64,000 nt of DNA from an uncultured Acidobacteriota bacterium (GTDB taxonomy: Bacteria > Acidobacteriota > JAQAZP01). The DNA lies in the NCBI GenBank assembly GCA_963836075.1, contig CAWIIB010000001.1:576001-640000 (forward strand), written 5' to 3'. Positions 20,351 through 31,491 of the stretch are shown in pieces (position 1 is the stretch's first letter; every line of letters begins with the position of its first letter). The translations under genes were made by a program, and so were the position numbers. The notes under the pieces are model-generated. The model did not search any database and was not told the origin of the DNA. It worked only from the letters and a program-made list of their open reading frames with translations.

Positions 20351-20626
20351 TCACTGAGAATCGCTGGCCGCTGCGTCGTCGGTCTTGATCTCCCGGGCAG
20401 GTTCGTTCAACAGGCTCTGGACCGTGTCCGACACCTGCGCCCCCTTACGCACCCATTCCAAGGCCTTTTCACGGTCGATGATGACCTCGGGCGGCTCGGT
20501 GCAGGGGTTGTAGTGACCGAGGGCTTCGATGAACCGGCCCGTCGGGGTTTTTCTCGAATCGCTCACCACGACCCGGTAAAACGGCTTCTTTTTTGCGCCC
20601 ATCCTCTTCAACCGGATAGCTAACAT
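20351..20626 (-). CDS. rpsP: 30S ribosomal protein S16
   Basis: [18 protein letters not shown] and GAQVSDTV. Confidence 0.98.
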   Translation of the reverse strand: MLAIRLKRMGAKKKPFYRVVVSDSRKTPTGRFIEALGHYNPCTEPPEVIIDREKALEWVRKGAQVSDTVQSLLNEPAREIKTDDAAASDSQ

Positions 20627-20714
20627 TTTTCGACCTCCTTTTGTGTTCCACCGCGCGCCCCGTTCCGACGATCACTTCCTCTGTTCAGATGAACGGTGAA
20701 CCGGGTGTTTGGAA

Positions 20715-22055
20715 TCATGAGAACGGTAACTTGAGACCGCCCGGCATCTTGCGCTTGCCGGCCGCGGCGGTCATCGACCTCAACATCTTCTTGGTTTGTG
20801 AAAACTGCTTGACCAGCCGGTTCACGTCCTGCACCGTGGTGCCGCTGCCTTTGGCGATCCGCTTGCGCCGGCTGCCGTTGAGCACCCCGGGGTTGGTTCG
20901 CTCCTGCCTGGTCATGGAGCTGATGATGGCATCGATCTTCACCAGCTCCTTCTCCTCCAGCTCCATGTCTCCCATGTCCTTCATCTGGCCCATGCCGGGG
21001 ATCATCTTCATGATCTGGCTCAGCGGGCCCATCTTGCGCACCCGCTGGAGCTGCTGCCGGAAGTCCTCCAGGTCGAAGGAATCCCGTTTGAGTTTCTTCT
21101 GCAGGCTGGCCGCTTCGTCGGCGTCCACCCCCAGTTCGGCCTTTTCGATCAGGCTGAGCACGTCGCCCATGCCGAGGATCCGCGAGGCCATCCGCTCGGG
21201 GTGGAACAGTTCCAGGTCTTCGTATTTCTCGCCGGTGCCGACGAACTTGATCGGCTGGCCGGTCACCGCCCGCACCGAGATGGCCGCGCCGCCCCGGGCG
21301 TCGCCGTCCAGTTTGCTCAGCACCACGCCGGTGATGCCCAGGCGGTCGTGGAACTCGCCGGCGCTCTTCACCGCGTCCTGACCGGTCATGGCGTCGGCGA
21401 CGAACAGGATCTCCGTGGGGGCCAGCGTCTCCTTGAGCCGGGTCAGCTCCTCCATCAGGTTTTCGTCGATGTGCAGCCGGCCGGCGGTGTCGACGATCAC
21501 CACGTCGTAGCCGGCCTTGCGCGCCTCGGTCATGGCGCTGCCGGCGATCTTCACCGGGTCGTCCCCGGCATCCGAGGGGTGCACCGGCAGGCCCACACCG
21601 CGGCCCACCACCTGCAGCTGTTCGATGGCCGCCGGCCGGTAGACATCCGCCGGCACCAGGTAGGGGGTCTTTCCCTGCTCCCGGAGCCAGCGGCCGATCT
21701 TCCCGGTGGAGGTGGTCTTACCCGAGCCCTGGAGACCCACCATCAGGATCACCGTGGGCGGGTTGGAGTGGAACTGCAGCCTGCTGGCCGAACTGCCCAG
21801 CAGCTCCACCAGTTCGTCGCGGACGATCTTCACCACCTGCTGCCCCGGGGTGAGGCTGGAGAGCACCTCCTCGCCGGTGGCTTTCTCGCGGATCCGCCCC
21901 AGGAGGTCCTTGACCACCTTGAAGTTCACGTCCGCTTCCAGCAGGGCCAGACGGATCTCCCGCAGGCCGTCCTTGACCTGGCCCTCGTTCAGCGAGCCGT
22001 GGCCCCGCAGGGTCTTGAAGGTCTGCTGGAGTTTGTCGGTCAACGAGTCGAACAT
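20715..22055 (-). CDS. ffh: Signal recognition particle protein
   Basis: GLQGSGKTT, DTAGRLH, DAMTGQ, KLDGDARGG and Met-rich M domain. Confidence 0.98.
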   Translation of the reverse strand: MFDSLTDKLQQTFKTLRGHGSLNEGQVKDGLREIRLALLEADVNFKVVKDLLGRIREKATGEEVLSSLTPGQQVVKIVRDELVELLGSSASRLQFHSNPPTVILMVGLQGSGKTTSTGKIGRWLREQGKTPYLVPADVYRPAAIEQLQVVGRGVGLPVHPSDAGDDPVKIAGSAMTEARKAGYDVVIVDTAGRLHIDENLMEELTRLKETLAPTEILFVADAMTGQDAVKSAGEFHDRLGITGVVLSKLDGDARGGAAISVRAVTGQPIKFVGTGEKYEDLELFHPERMASRILGMGDVLSLIEKAELGVDADEAASLQKKLKRDSFDLEDFRQQLQRVRKMGPLSQIMKMIPGMGQMKDMGDMELEEKELVKIDAIISSMTRQERTNPGVLNGSRRKRIAKGSGTTVQDVNRLVKQFSQTKKMLRSMTAAAGKRKMPGGLKLPFS

Positions 22056-22185
22056 CGCCGCTTCACCTTGGCAACCGCCGGACGCACTAACGCGCGGCGG
22101 ACAGAATCCACCTTGGTCCCGGCGGAACGGTGCAGAAAAACCCGCTCCGGTGCCCGCCGTTACCTTCGAATATCATGAACAGGGG

Positions 22186-22214
22186 AATTTATCGAAAAAA
22201 CGAGCAGAAGTCAA
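22186..22214 (-). promoter_or_regulatory. Putative sigma70 promoter of the ffh-rpsP operon
   Basis: TTGACT-N17-TAAATT on the minus strand. Confidence 0.55.
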
Positions 22215-22247
22215 TGAAACTATAATATTTCCGGGGAATCCGGGGCG

Positions 22248-22919
22248 CTAGAGAAAGCCGTGATCGGCCAGCATCTGCTCGTCCACCGTGCCCCCGCCCT
22301 TGCCTTCCCGGTCTCCGGCGGCCGTACCGCCCCGCCGGTCCAGCATCCGGGCCACATACTTGCCGAGAATGTCCACTTCGAAGTTGAAGCCGTGGCCGGG
22401 GGCCAGGTCGCCGAGGGTGGTGGCGGCCAGGGTCTGGGGGATGATGGCGATCTCCGCCTGCAGGCCGTCAAGATGGGCCACGGTGAGGCTCACACCGTTC
22501 ACCGCCACCGAGCCCTTCTGCACCACGTAGCGGCCCAGGCCTTCGGGGATGGTGAACGCCAGCTGCAGCCAGCCGGAGCGGTGGGTGGCGGCGGTGACCA
22601 GAGCCACCCCGTCCACATGGCCCTGGACCAGGTGGCCGCCCAGCCGGCCTCCCAGTTGCAGGGCCCGCTCCAGGTTCAGCCGGGCCCCGGGGCGCAGGGC
22701 GCCCAGGGTGCTGCGGCTGACGGTCTCCTCGGAGAGGTCGGCCCACCAGCGGTCGGCTGTCCGGCGGGTGACGGTGAGGCAGACCCCGTTTACCGCCACG
22801 CTGTCCCCCACACCCAGCTCCGGGGCCAGCAGTGGGGCACCGATCTCGAAGCGCATGCCGCCGGGGACCTTTTCGGTCCGCTGCAGCGTGCCCACTTCCT
22901 CCACCAGGCCGGTGAACAT
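22248..22919 (-). CDS. ribE: Riboflavin synthase alpha chain
   Basis: MFTGLVEE, GDSVAVNGVCLTV and LGGHLVQGHVD. Confidence 0.96.
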   Translation of the reverse strand: MFTGLVEEVGTLQRTEKVPGGMRFEIGAPLLAPELGVGDSVAVNGVCLTVTRRTADRWWADLSEETVSRSTLGALRPGARLNLERALQLGGRLGGHLVQGHVDGVALVTAATHRSGWLQLAFTIPEGLGRYVVQKGSVAVNGVSLTVAHLDGLQAEIAIIPQTLAATTLGDLAPGHGFNFEVDILGKYVARMLDRRGGTAAGDREGKGGGTVDEQMLADHGFL

Positions 22920-22921
22920 GT

Positions 22922-24058
22922 CTATTCTCCACGAGGGACAGCTTCCACCAGCAGGTCGCGGCCCACCCGCCGGCAGGAGAGCCGGTCCAGTTTCACGGCC
23001 CGCTGGAGGTCGTCCCCGGGCAGGCCGCTGAGCAAAGGTATGCTCATTGTACCCCCCAGCAGCTTTGGCGCAAGGAAGATCGACAGACGGTCCACCAGGC
23101 CGGAGGCCAGAGCCGCTGCGTTGAGTGTGGCGCCCCCCTCCAGGAGAAGACGGGTGACCTGCCGTTTTCCCAGGACCTGCAGGACCCGCTGCAGGTCGAG
23201 GCCCCCGCTCCGTGCCTTGGCGGTGCGGATCACCTCGGCTCCGGCATCCACCAGGGCTTTCTCGCGGTTCCTCGGTGCGCTTTTGGAGGTGAAGACCAGC
23301 ACGGGCCCCCGCTGGGGGTTGGTCAACATTCTGCTGTGGGCGGGGAGCCGCAGGCGGCTGTCCAGCACTACCCGGGTCACCCTTTTCCAGTCCCATTGCC
23401 GGCCGCCCGAGGGGGGCCGGGGAGTGAGGTCGGGATCGTCGGCCAGGGCGGTGCCCGCGCCCACCATCACCGCGTCGGAGCCGAGACGCCAGCGGTGCAC
23501 CAGCCGGCGTGACTGCTCGCAGCTGATCCACTTCGAGCGCCCGCCGGCAGCGGCGATCTTGCCGTCGAGGGTCATGGCCGCCTTGAGCTGGACAAAGGGC
23601 AGCCCGCAGACGATGTGGCGGATGAAGGCCTCGTTGAGCGTGCGGGCCTCGTCTTCCAGCAGGCCGGTGCGCACCTCGATGCCGGCCCGGTGCAGGGCCC
23701 GGAAACCCCGGCCAGCCACCGCCGGGTTGGGGTCTTTCATGGCCGCCACGACGCTGTGCACCCCGGCCTCGATCAGGGCCCTGCTACAGGGCGGGGTGCG
23801 GCCGTGGTGCGAGCAGGGTTCGAGGTTGACATAGAGCGTGGCGCCCCGGGCCGTCTTCCCGGCCGCGCCCAGGGCTTCGATCTCGGCGTGGGGCAGGCCG
23901 GCGGCATGGTGATACCCCTCACCCACCACCCGGCCCCGGCGCACGATGACGCAGCCGACCATGGGGTTGGGGCTGGTGCGGCCCCAGCCCCGCCGGGCCA
24001 GGGTCAGCGCCCGCCGCATCCAATTCCGGTCATCGCTGCTGAAGCTCTGCTGGGTCAC
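22922..24058 (-). CDS. ribD: Bifunctional riboflavin biosynthesis deaminase/reductase
   Basis: SPNPMVG, HAE, LEPCSHHGRTPPC and EGG. Confidence 0.97.
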   Translation of the reverse strand: MTQQSFSSDDRNWMRRALTLARRGWGRTSPNPMVGCVIVRRGRVVGEGYHHAAGLPHAEIEALGAAGKTARGATLYVNLEPCSHHGRTPPCSRALIEAGVHSVVAAMKDPNPAVAGRGFRALHRAGIEVRTGLLEDEARTLNEAFIRHIVCGLPFVQLKAAMTLDGKIAAAGGRSKWISCEQSRRLVHRWRLGSDAVMVGAGTALADDPDLTPRPPSGGRQWDWKRVTRVVLDSRLRLPAHSRMLTNPQRGPVLVFTSKSAPRNREKALVDAGAEVIRTAKARSGGLDLQRVLQVLGKRQVTRLLLEGGATLNAAALASGLVDRLSIFLAPKLLGGTMSIPLLSGLPGDDLQRAVKLDRLSCRRVGRDLLVEAVPRGE

Positions 24059-24068
24059 CGTGCCTCCG

Positions 24069-25010
24069 CTATTCGAACAGGGCCTCCACGAAACGGTCGG
24101 GGTCGAAGACCAGCAGGTCCTCCACCTGCTCCCCCACCCCCACGAAGCTCACCGGCAGGTCCAGCGCCTCGACGATGCCCAGGGCCACACCGCCCTTGGC
24201 GCTGCCGTCCAGCTTGGCCAGCACCAGCCCGGTGACCTCGATGGACTGGGCAAACACCTGGGCCTGGCTGATGCCGTTCTGCCCGGTGGTGGCGTCGAGC
24301 ACCAGCAGCACCTCGTGGGGCGACCCGCCGATCTCCCCCGAGGCCACCCGTTTCATCTTCTCCAGCTCGCGCATCAGGTTGCTCTTGGTGTGCAGCCGAC
24401 CGGCGGTGTCCACCAGGAGGATGTCGGCCTTGCGCGCTTTGGCCGCCGCGCAGGAGTCGAAGAGCACAGACGAGGGGTCGGCCCCGCCGGCCCCGCGGAT
24501 CATCTCCACCCCCACCCGGGTGGCCCAGCGTCCCAACTGCTCAACCGCCGCGGCGCGGAAGGTGTCGGCGGCGCAGATCAGCACCCTGTTCCCCTCGTCC
24601 ATGTAGTGCCGGGCCAGTTTGCCCACGGTGGTGGTCTTGCCCACGCCGTTGACCCCCACCACGAAGACCACCCGGGGGTCTCCCGGGGCCGGGTCCTTCC
24701 CCCGGGCCTTGCCCACCGCACCGGCCAGGCGCAGCCCGTTCTTCATCTCGTCGTTGAGGAACATCTTCAGCACCTGCGGGTCGCGGATCTTGTCCCGCTC
24801 CACCCGCTGGCGCACCTCGTCCAGAAGTGCAGCGGCGGTGAGCGCCCCCACATCGGCGAGGATCAGCGTTTCCTCCAGGTCGTCGTAGAGGTCCTCGTCG
24901 ATCTTTTCGGCGCTTCCCAGCACCGAGTCGATCCGGCCCACCAGCGAGTCGTGGGTCTTGGATAGCCCCTTCTTGAGGCGGCTGAACAATCCTGATTTGC
25001 CAAAAACCAT
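24069..25010 (-). CDS. ftsY: SRP receptor
   Basis: GVNGVGKTTT, DTFRAAA, DTAGRLH and KLDGSAKGG; no long acidic A-domain. Confidence 0.97.
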   Translation of the reverse strand: MVFGKSGLFSRLKKGLSKTHDSLVGRIDSVLGSAEKIDEDLYDDLEETLILADVGALTAAALLDEVRQRVERDKIRDPQVLKMFLNDEMKNGLRLAGAVGKARGKDPAPGDPRVVFVVGVNGVGKTTTVGKLARHYMDEGNRVLICAADTFRAAAVEQLGRWATRVGVEMIRGAGGADPSSVLFDSCAAAKARKADILLVDTAGRLHTKSNLMRELEKMKRVASGEIGGSPHEVLLVLDATTGQNGISQAQVFAQSIEVTGLVLAKLDGSAKGGVALGIVEALDLPVSFVGVGEQVEDLLVFDPDRFVEALFE

Positions 25011-25112
25011 ACTGCTCCACTCTGGTAGATGGGTTCGGAGCGTGGCGGGCCGAGCCCGAGCCCTCACCGGCCATCGTCGCCGAAAGCCGGAGACAGCTGC
25101 GGGACCTCCGGG

Positions 25113-25950
25113 CTAGTGCCCGGCCTGCTCCAGCATGTTGAGATAGCGGGCCGTCTGCGCGCTGTACTCGGTGCCCGGGGCGTAGCGCATCACCCACTCG
25201 AAGTTCAGGCGGGCCTTCACACCATTCCCGGCGCGGAAATAGAGCCGGCCCAGGCTGAAATGGATTTCCGCATTTTCCGGCATCTCGTCGAGCACCCTTT
25301 CGTACTCCACAATGGCCTCGGTCTCACGGCCCAGACGCTCGAGCATCAGTCCCCGCTGGTGCCGGGCCTGGATGTAATCGTCCTTCTTCTCCAATGCATG
25401 GGTGTAGTAATAGAGGGCCTCTTCCATGTTGCCGGCATTGGCCGCCGAGAACCCGAGATTGTAGTACGCGACCCAGGGCTTGCCGTAACCCGGGGCTTCC
25501 AGCAGCCGGCGAAACGACTCCATGGCCTTGAGGTATTCGCCCTGCTCGTTGTAGATCATCCCCCTGATGTTGTAGCACTCGGTGTATTCCGGATTCAGCT
25601 CCAGGGCCCGGTCGGCCTCGGCCATCGCCTCCGGGTAACGGCCCACCCGGAAATAGGCCAGGGACAGGCTGTAGTGGACGAGGACGTTCCTCTCGTCAAG
25701 CTCCAGGGCCTTGCGGAAGGAGGTGATCGCTTCCTGGTAGTTCCCCTGACCGAGGAGCATGGCTCCCTTCTGATACTCGTTTATCGCCTGTTCCGCCCCC
25801 GAGGGCTCTTCCTCGATATTTTTCTTCCCGCAGGCACTGCCGGTGAAACCGGCCGCCAGCAGCAGGAGCAGCAATGCGGCGAGGACCGGCCTCGGCCGAT
25901 TCGCGTTGCAACCGACACCGGCCGCTGCCCGTGCTGAAACCGATGCTCAT
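25113..25950 (-). CDS. TPR lipoprotein, PilF/PilW/Tgl pilotin-like (apparent +1 error in the first ~25 codons)
   Basis: Lipobox GSAC and TPRs including LLEAPGYGKPWVAYYNLG; ATG 25950 has a GGAGG RBS but is 1 nt out of frame with ORF 25113-25874. Confidence 0.75.
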
Positions 25951-26004
25951 CTCTCGATCCTCCATGAAAACGGAACGTGTCCGACACCATTGAAGCGCCG
26001 GTTC

Positions 26005-27821
26005 TCAATTCGGGGCGATCTCTCCCGACTGCACTACCTGCTCCAGGGCCTGCACCACCGCCGGGTCGTAGCGGATCCCGGAAAAACTCTTGATCAGCTC
26101 CACCGCCTCGCCGGTGGGGATCCGGGGCTGGTAGCAGCGGTCGGTGGTCATGGCGTCGAAGGTATCGGCCACGCCGATGATCCGGGCCATCACCGGTATC
26201 TCCTCTCCGCTCAGCCCCTCGGGATAGCCTCCGCCGCCGAAGTATTCGTGGTGGTATTTCACTCCCGGAACGCTCTCCGACATTTCCACAATGGGCGCCA
26301 TGATGCCGGCCCCCTTCACCGGGTGCATCTTCATCAGGGTGTATTCATCGTCGGTGAGCACCCCCTGCTTCTTCAGCACGCGGTCGTCGATGCCGATCTT
26401 GCCCACGTCGTGCAGCAGGGCGGCGATGCGGATCCGCTCCAGCTCCTCTTCATTGAGCCCCAGCTTGCGGCCCAGGGCCAGGCTGTAGGTGGTGACCCGC
26501 TCGGCGTGCCCGCGGGTGTAAGGGTCCTTCTCGTCGATGGCCTCGGCGATCATGCGCAGCGAGCCGAGGAACAGCTGGTTGTATTTCTCCAGCGCCGTCT
26601 TCAGCCGGGTGATGTAGTTCTCCAGGCTCACCGACATGAAGTTGAACGTGCGGGCCAGCTGGCCGATCTCGTCGTCGGAGCGGATTTCCACCCGGGCGGA
26701 GAAGTCGCCGGCGGCGGCGGAGCGGGTGGCTTCGGCCAGCTGCTGCACCGGCCGGGAGATGCGGCGCACGAAGAGCCAGCCGGCGATAACCGCCACCACC
26801 AGCCAGACCGCGGCCCAGGAGACGCTGCGCCGCACCATCTGGGTCACCTGGTAGTAGGCGTCGGCGTCGGCGATCTGGATCACCACCATGCAGTCGAGCA
26901 CCGGGATCCACTTCGAGGTGCCCAGCATGCCGGTGCGGCTGCCGTCGGGCGCTTCGGCGGTGAAGTCCATGGCCGTGGTGATCGATCGCCCGGATGGTTT
27001 GAGCAGCGGCTCGACGATGGGCACCGCGGAGTAGTCGGGCTCGCCCAGCAGTTCATTGCTGTCGGGGTGGGCAAAGAGCCGCCCCGACCCGTTGACCAGG
27101 TAGACCGTGTTGCGGTCGGTGCTCTGCTGGGCCACGCCGCTGAGCAATGGCTGGAGGTTGACCAGGGCCAGCAGCACGCCGCGCACCTCGCCCTTCCAGA
27201 GGATCGGCCGCGCCCCGGCCACCACCGGCACGGCCTGCTCCCGCAGGACAAAGGCCTCGCCGATCACCGGCTGCGGGCAGTTCCTCCCCCGACGGCACCC
27301 AGCCCTCCACCCGGCTGAAGATCTCCTGCAGCTTGTAGCCGTACTGCCGCTCGATCTCTGCCGGGTCAAGGCTCAGCGAGGCGGTGACCCCGCTGCCGCG
27401 GGCCTTGTCCACCAGGGCCAGGTAGAAGAAGGTCTGCTCGCCGTCCACATCCAGGGCCCGCTGCAGAATGGTTGTGCCGTGCTGCTCCAGCGCCTTGGAA
27501 AAGTCGCGGCTGCGGCGTGAAGTCCCGGTCGTTCTCCACGGCCTGGGCGATGGCCTCGATGCGGCCGACACTCTCCTCCACGTGGGCGGTGATGGTTTCG
27601 GAGATGAAATTGGCGATGGAGAGCTGCCGCTCCTTCTGGATCGTTCGCAGGGTCTCCCGGTTCATGTCGATGAGGATCCAGTAGGTGAAGAGCAGCGGCA
27701 CCACGCCGACAAAGAAGAGCATCACCAGCAGCGAGTAGAGAATACGCCACCGCGCCCGGGGGGGGTCGGACAACGGCAGGCCGCTGTCGCCGGTTGCAGG
27801 TATTTTGGACATCTTCATCAT
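26005..27821 (-). CDS. Membrane HD-GYP phosphodiesterase (TM-Cache-TM-HAMP-HD-GYP); two apparent frameshifts at ~27515 and ~27276
   Basis: DPYTRGH, LHDVGK, HHEYFGGGGYP and HAMP DEIGQLARTFN; three ORF pieces join by removing single bases. Confidence 0.85.
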
Positions 27822-29466
27822 TTCGCCAGAGGCTCGTAGGTTTCATAGGTCCGGCTCAACCCCTTGAGGGAGACCGGCCCCAGGTAGTTCCAGCCGAACC
27901 GTTCCTTGGTCATGCGGTAGGTGTTCTCGCCCACCACCACCTGCCCGGGACGGGAAACGCTCGACTCCAGCCGGGAGGCGACGTTCACCGTATCACCCAG
28001 CACAGTGTACTCCATCCGCCGCGGAGAGCCTATATCTCCGGCGATCACCCGGCCGCTGTTGATCCCGGCGCGGATGCGGAAGCGGTCAGCGGCGCTGCGC
28101 GTGCTGTTCAACTCGGCCAGCCGTTCCATCATCGCCAGTGCGGTTTCGATGGCCCGCACGGCGTGATCCGCCTGGGCGATGGGAGCGCCGAAAACGGCCA
28201 TGATCGAATCGCCCACATACTTGTCCAGCGTCCCCTCCCGGCGGAAAACCTCGTCGGTCATCACCGAAAAATATTCGTTGAGCAGTTCGGAAACCTGCAG
28301 CGGCTCCTTCTGCTCCGAAAGGGTGGTGAACCCGACAATGTCGGTGAACAGGATGCTGACCTCGGCCTCCTTGGCCTGCAGCCGCTCCGACCCTTCGGCC
28401 GGCGAGGCGTCGATGATCCGGTTGACCACACCGGGGCTGTGGTAGCGTTCCAGCCGGCTGCGCACCAGGCTCTCCCGCCGGATCTTTTCGTTGAGCCGGG
28501 CCCGTTCGATGGCCACCGCCGCGTAGTTGGCCAGGGCGGTGAGCAGTTCCAGGTCGTCCTCGCTGAATGAGGTGGTTTTTATCGAGGAGTCCACGTGAAT
28601 GATACCGATCACCAGGTCCCGAATCCCAGAGCGGCGCGCAGATGGCCGAACGGATCCCCAGCACGCGGATGCTCTCCCCGCCCTTGAACCGCGGGTCCAC
28701 CTGGGCATCGGTGGTCAGAATGGCCACCTTGTCCCGGAACACCTGGTCGGCGATGGTCTTGCTGATGGTGATGTTGGCCAGGTCGGTGTCGTGGTCCTTG
28801 CGCCGGACCACCTGGGGCTCGAGACGTTCGGTCTCCTCGTCGTAGAGCATCAGGAAGCCCGCGCTCCACCGGGATGTTCTCAAAGACCAGCTCCATCACC
28901 TTTTCCAGCAGTCCGTGGAGCGGTTCCACGGTGATCAGCGCCCGGGCCACCCGGGCCAGGATCTGCAGGTTGCGGTTGGCCTTGGCCACCCGGGCCAGCT
29001 GGCCTTCGGCGCCCGCGTCCGCGGCCGAGGGCCGCGTGCCGCTGCCCGGTTCTCTCCGGGGATCCTCCGCCGGGGCACCTTCCTGGGGCACCAGCATGGA
29101 ACTGAGGTCCTCCACCGAACGGACGATGGTGCCGCCGCCGGGGTCCAGAGGTTTCTCCTCGGAAAGGATCACCTTGTCGCCCAACGGCCCCTGGAGGGTC
29201 ATGGCAAAACCGCCCAGCACGATGGTGTCGCCGTCGTGCAGCGGGCTCTCCACCACCGCCACCCCGTTGATGGTGGTGCCGTTCTTGCTGCCCAGGTCAC
29301 GGATGGTCAGTCTCTCTCCCCTGCGCACGATGCGGGCATGTTCGCGGGAGATGCTCACATCGCCGAGCACCAGGTGGCATGATGGCGCCCGGCCGATGAT
29401 CGTGGTCTGTTCGGTGATCTCGAAGGATCGCGACTCACCCGATTCGGTGTAGAGCAGCTTGTTCAT
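27818..29466 (-). CDS. FHA-GAF-class III adenylate/guanylate cyclase; two apparent frameshifts at ~28859 and ~28625
   Basis: FHA (IGRAP, SREHA, SKNGT), GAF (IRSAICAPL) and cyclase (FTDIVGFT, DKYVGD, EYTVLGDTVNVASRLE). Confidence 0.9.
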
Positions 29467-29494
29467 CAGGTATCCACACGGACTCCAGGGTCCG

Positions 29495-31491
29495 TCACAT
29501 CATCCGGTCAATCAACAGGCTCAGCAGAAACCCGGCCAGGGCTCCGGCCAGCAGGAAATGAACCCTGAGCCACCGCAGCGCCCGCTGGGCGCCGCCGTCC
29601 GGACTGGCTCTCCCCGGCCCGCCAACGGTCCAGCGCAAGGCCAGGACACCGGCCAGCAGGCCCAGCAGCAGACCGGCCAGCCGGTCCAGCAGAGCCCGGC
29701 GGTCGGAGGCGGCCAGCAGGGCTCCGCTCTCCAGCCCCATGCCTGAAACGGCACGGTAGCGGCAGTTGGCGCCGCTGCCCGGCGTTGCCGGGGATCTCCG
29801 GTCTATCCTCAATGAATGAACACGGTTATCTTCCCCTCCCGGAGAGCCGTATTGCAAAGTATAGTGGCCGGTGAAACCTTCAGTCAACTTGAGCGCCAGA
29901 CGCCGCAGATACTCGTTGGTCCTGCCGCCATCCCGCTCGGGATGCAGCACGGGATAGACCGGCACACCGGGATGGCTGCGCAGCCCCTTGGGCACATCGG
30001 GACGCATGTCCTGCCGGGTAAATGTTCCGGGACGGCAGAAGTAGATCACCGCTCCCCCGCCGGGCGCTGCGGTCCCCAACAGCGCTGCCGCCCGGGTCAG
30101 CGCCGCGTAGTACCCCCGTGCTTCCGCCTCGCCCAGCCGGATCGACTCCAGCCGCTCCAGGATCAGCCGCCGGTCGGTGGTGAAGTCCTGCTCCACCCGG
30201 GCGTCCGCCCCGTGGGAGACCAGGGCCACCGGTCCAGAGGCGGGCCAGCGTTCCAGGAATCGGGTGACCGCGGCTTTGAGCAGGAAGAGGCCGCGGCCGC
30301 GCTCCTCGCGGGTGGCCTGGACCACCAGTACCAGCCGCGGGATCCGCACTCCGGGCGCCGTAACGAAACGGAGGTCCGCGTCCTCCAGCGTCCTGCCGTC
30401 CAGCAGCAGACGGAAATCGTCCAGCCCCAGGCCTTTTCGTTCCAGGCCCGCGGCGTCGAAGACCCGGAAGCGGCAGGAGACCCTGGGCAGTTCCCGCAGG
30501 TCCAGCGTTTCCAGTTCCACCGATCCTGATTCTCCGGCCCGGGCCGCCGCTCCGGCGCCCAGGGCGAGCGAGCAGAGCAGGAGGAGGATCAGGGGCAGCC
30601 GGGAGCCGCGGAGTTCCGGATCCCGGTAGCCCACCCGCAGGGTGGTCAGCCCCACGGTGAGCAGGTCGCCGTCGCGCAGGGCCACCGCGTCGCAGGGGCG
30701 GCCGTTGACCTTCAGCAGGTTTGTGTCCTTCCCTCGTTCCTGATCTTGTACCCGCCGACCTTGTGGTCCCGCAGGATCACCGCCTGTTCCCGTGACACGG
30801 TCTGGTCGTCCAGCGACAGGTCGTTGCGGCGCTTCCCGGGCCGGCCCACCAGGATGCGCTCAGCGCTGAAGGCATGCTGCTTGCCGGTGTCCGGCCCGGC
30901 CACCACCACCAGTTGGAGGACACAGTCCCGTCCCGGACGCAGCAGTGGACCATCGGCCGCCGGGGGGCCGGCCCCGGGCGGGTGAAGCGAACGGCTGTTG
31001 ATGCGGGAAAACCGGGCCACGCCCAGGGGCAGCGAGCCGAGCACCAGGACCAGCAGGCCCACGATCAGCAGCAGGTCGTGGCGCGGCCGGCTGCGCTGCA
31101 CTTCCAGGACCAGCGGCCGGAGGGCGTTCTCCGGGTCCTGTCCCACGAACCCGGACACGCGGCAGCTCACCCCGGCCCGGGGGGGCCGCCGGGTGATTAC
31201 CCGGATGGTCTTGCCGTTGCCGTCCCGCAGCAGGTAGGCGCCCAGTGAGGTGCCGTCGGTGGCCCTGCCCACCGGCTCGGCGGTCACTCCGTGAAGGATC
31301 ACCGCGCGGCCACCGTGGGAGGCCGGAGAGTGGTTGATCCGCTGGATCGACTCCTCGCGGAAGCGCGGGCGGACGGACTGGCAGGCCGAGAGGACGAGGA
31401 CGGCCAGCAGCAGAAAAAGCAGGGGAATGGCCCGCCCTCCGGGCATCCGCCCGGATCGCCGGCCGGCAGGGGCAGAGCGTCCAGATGTCAT
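29495..31491 (-). CDS. Composite membrane protein: lipoprotein OB-like domain, TM, FHA, TM, degenerate VWA, TMs (apparent frameshift at ~30722)
   Basis: Lipobox LSAC; FHA VGRP...VSREQA...KVNG...LRDGDLLTVG spans the two ORFs; VWA-like QDFTTDRRLI. Confidence 0.6.
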
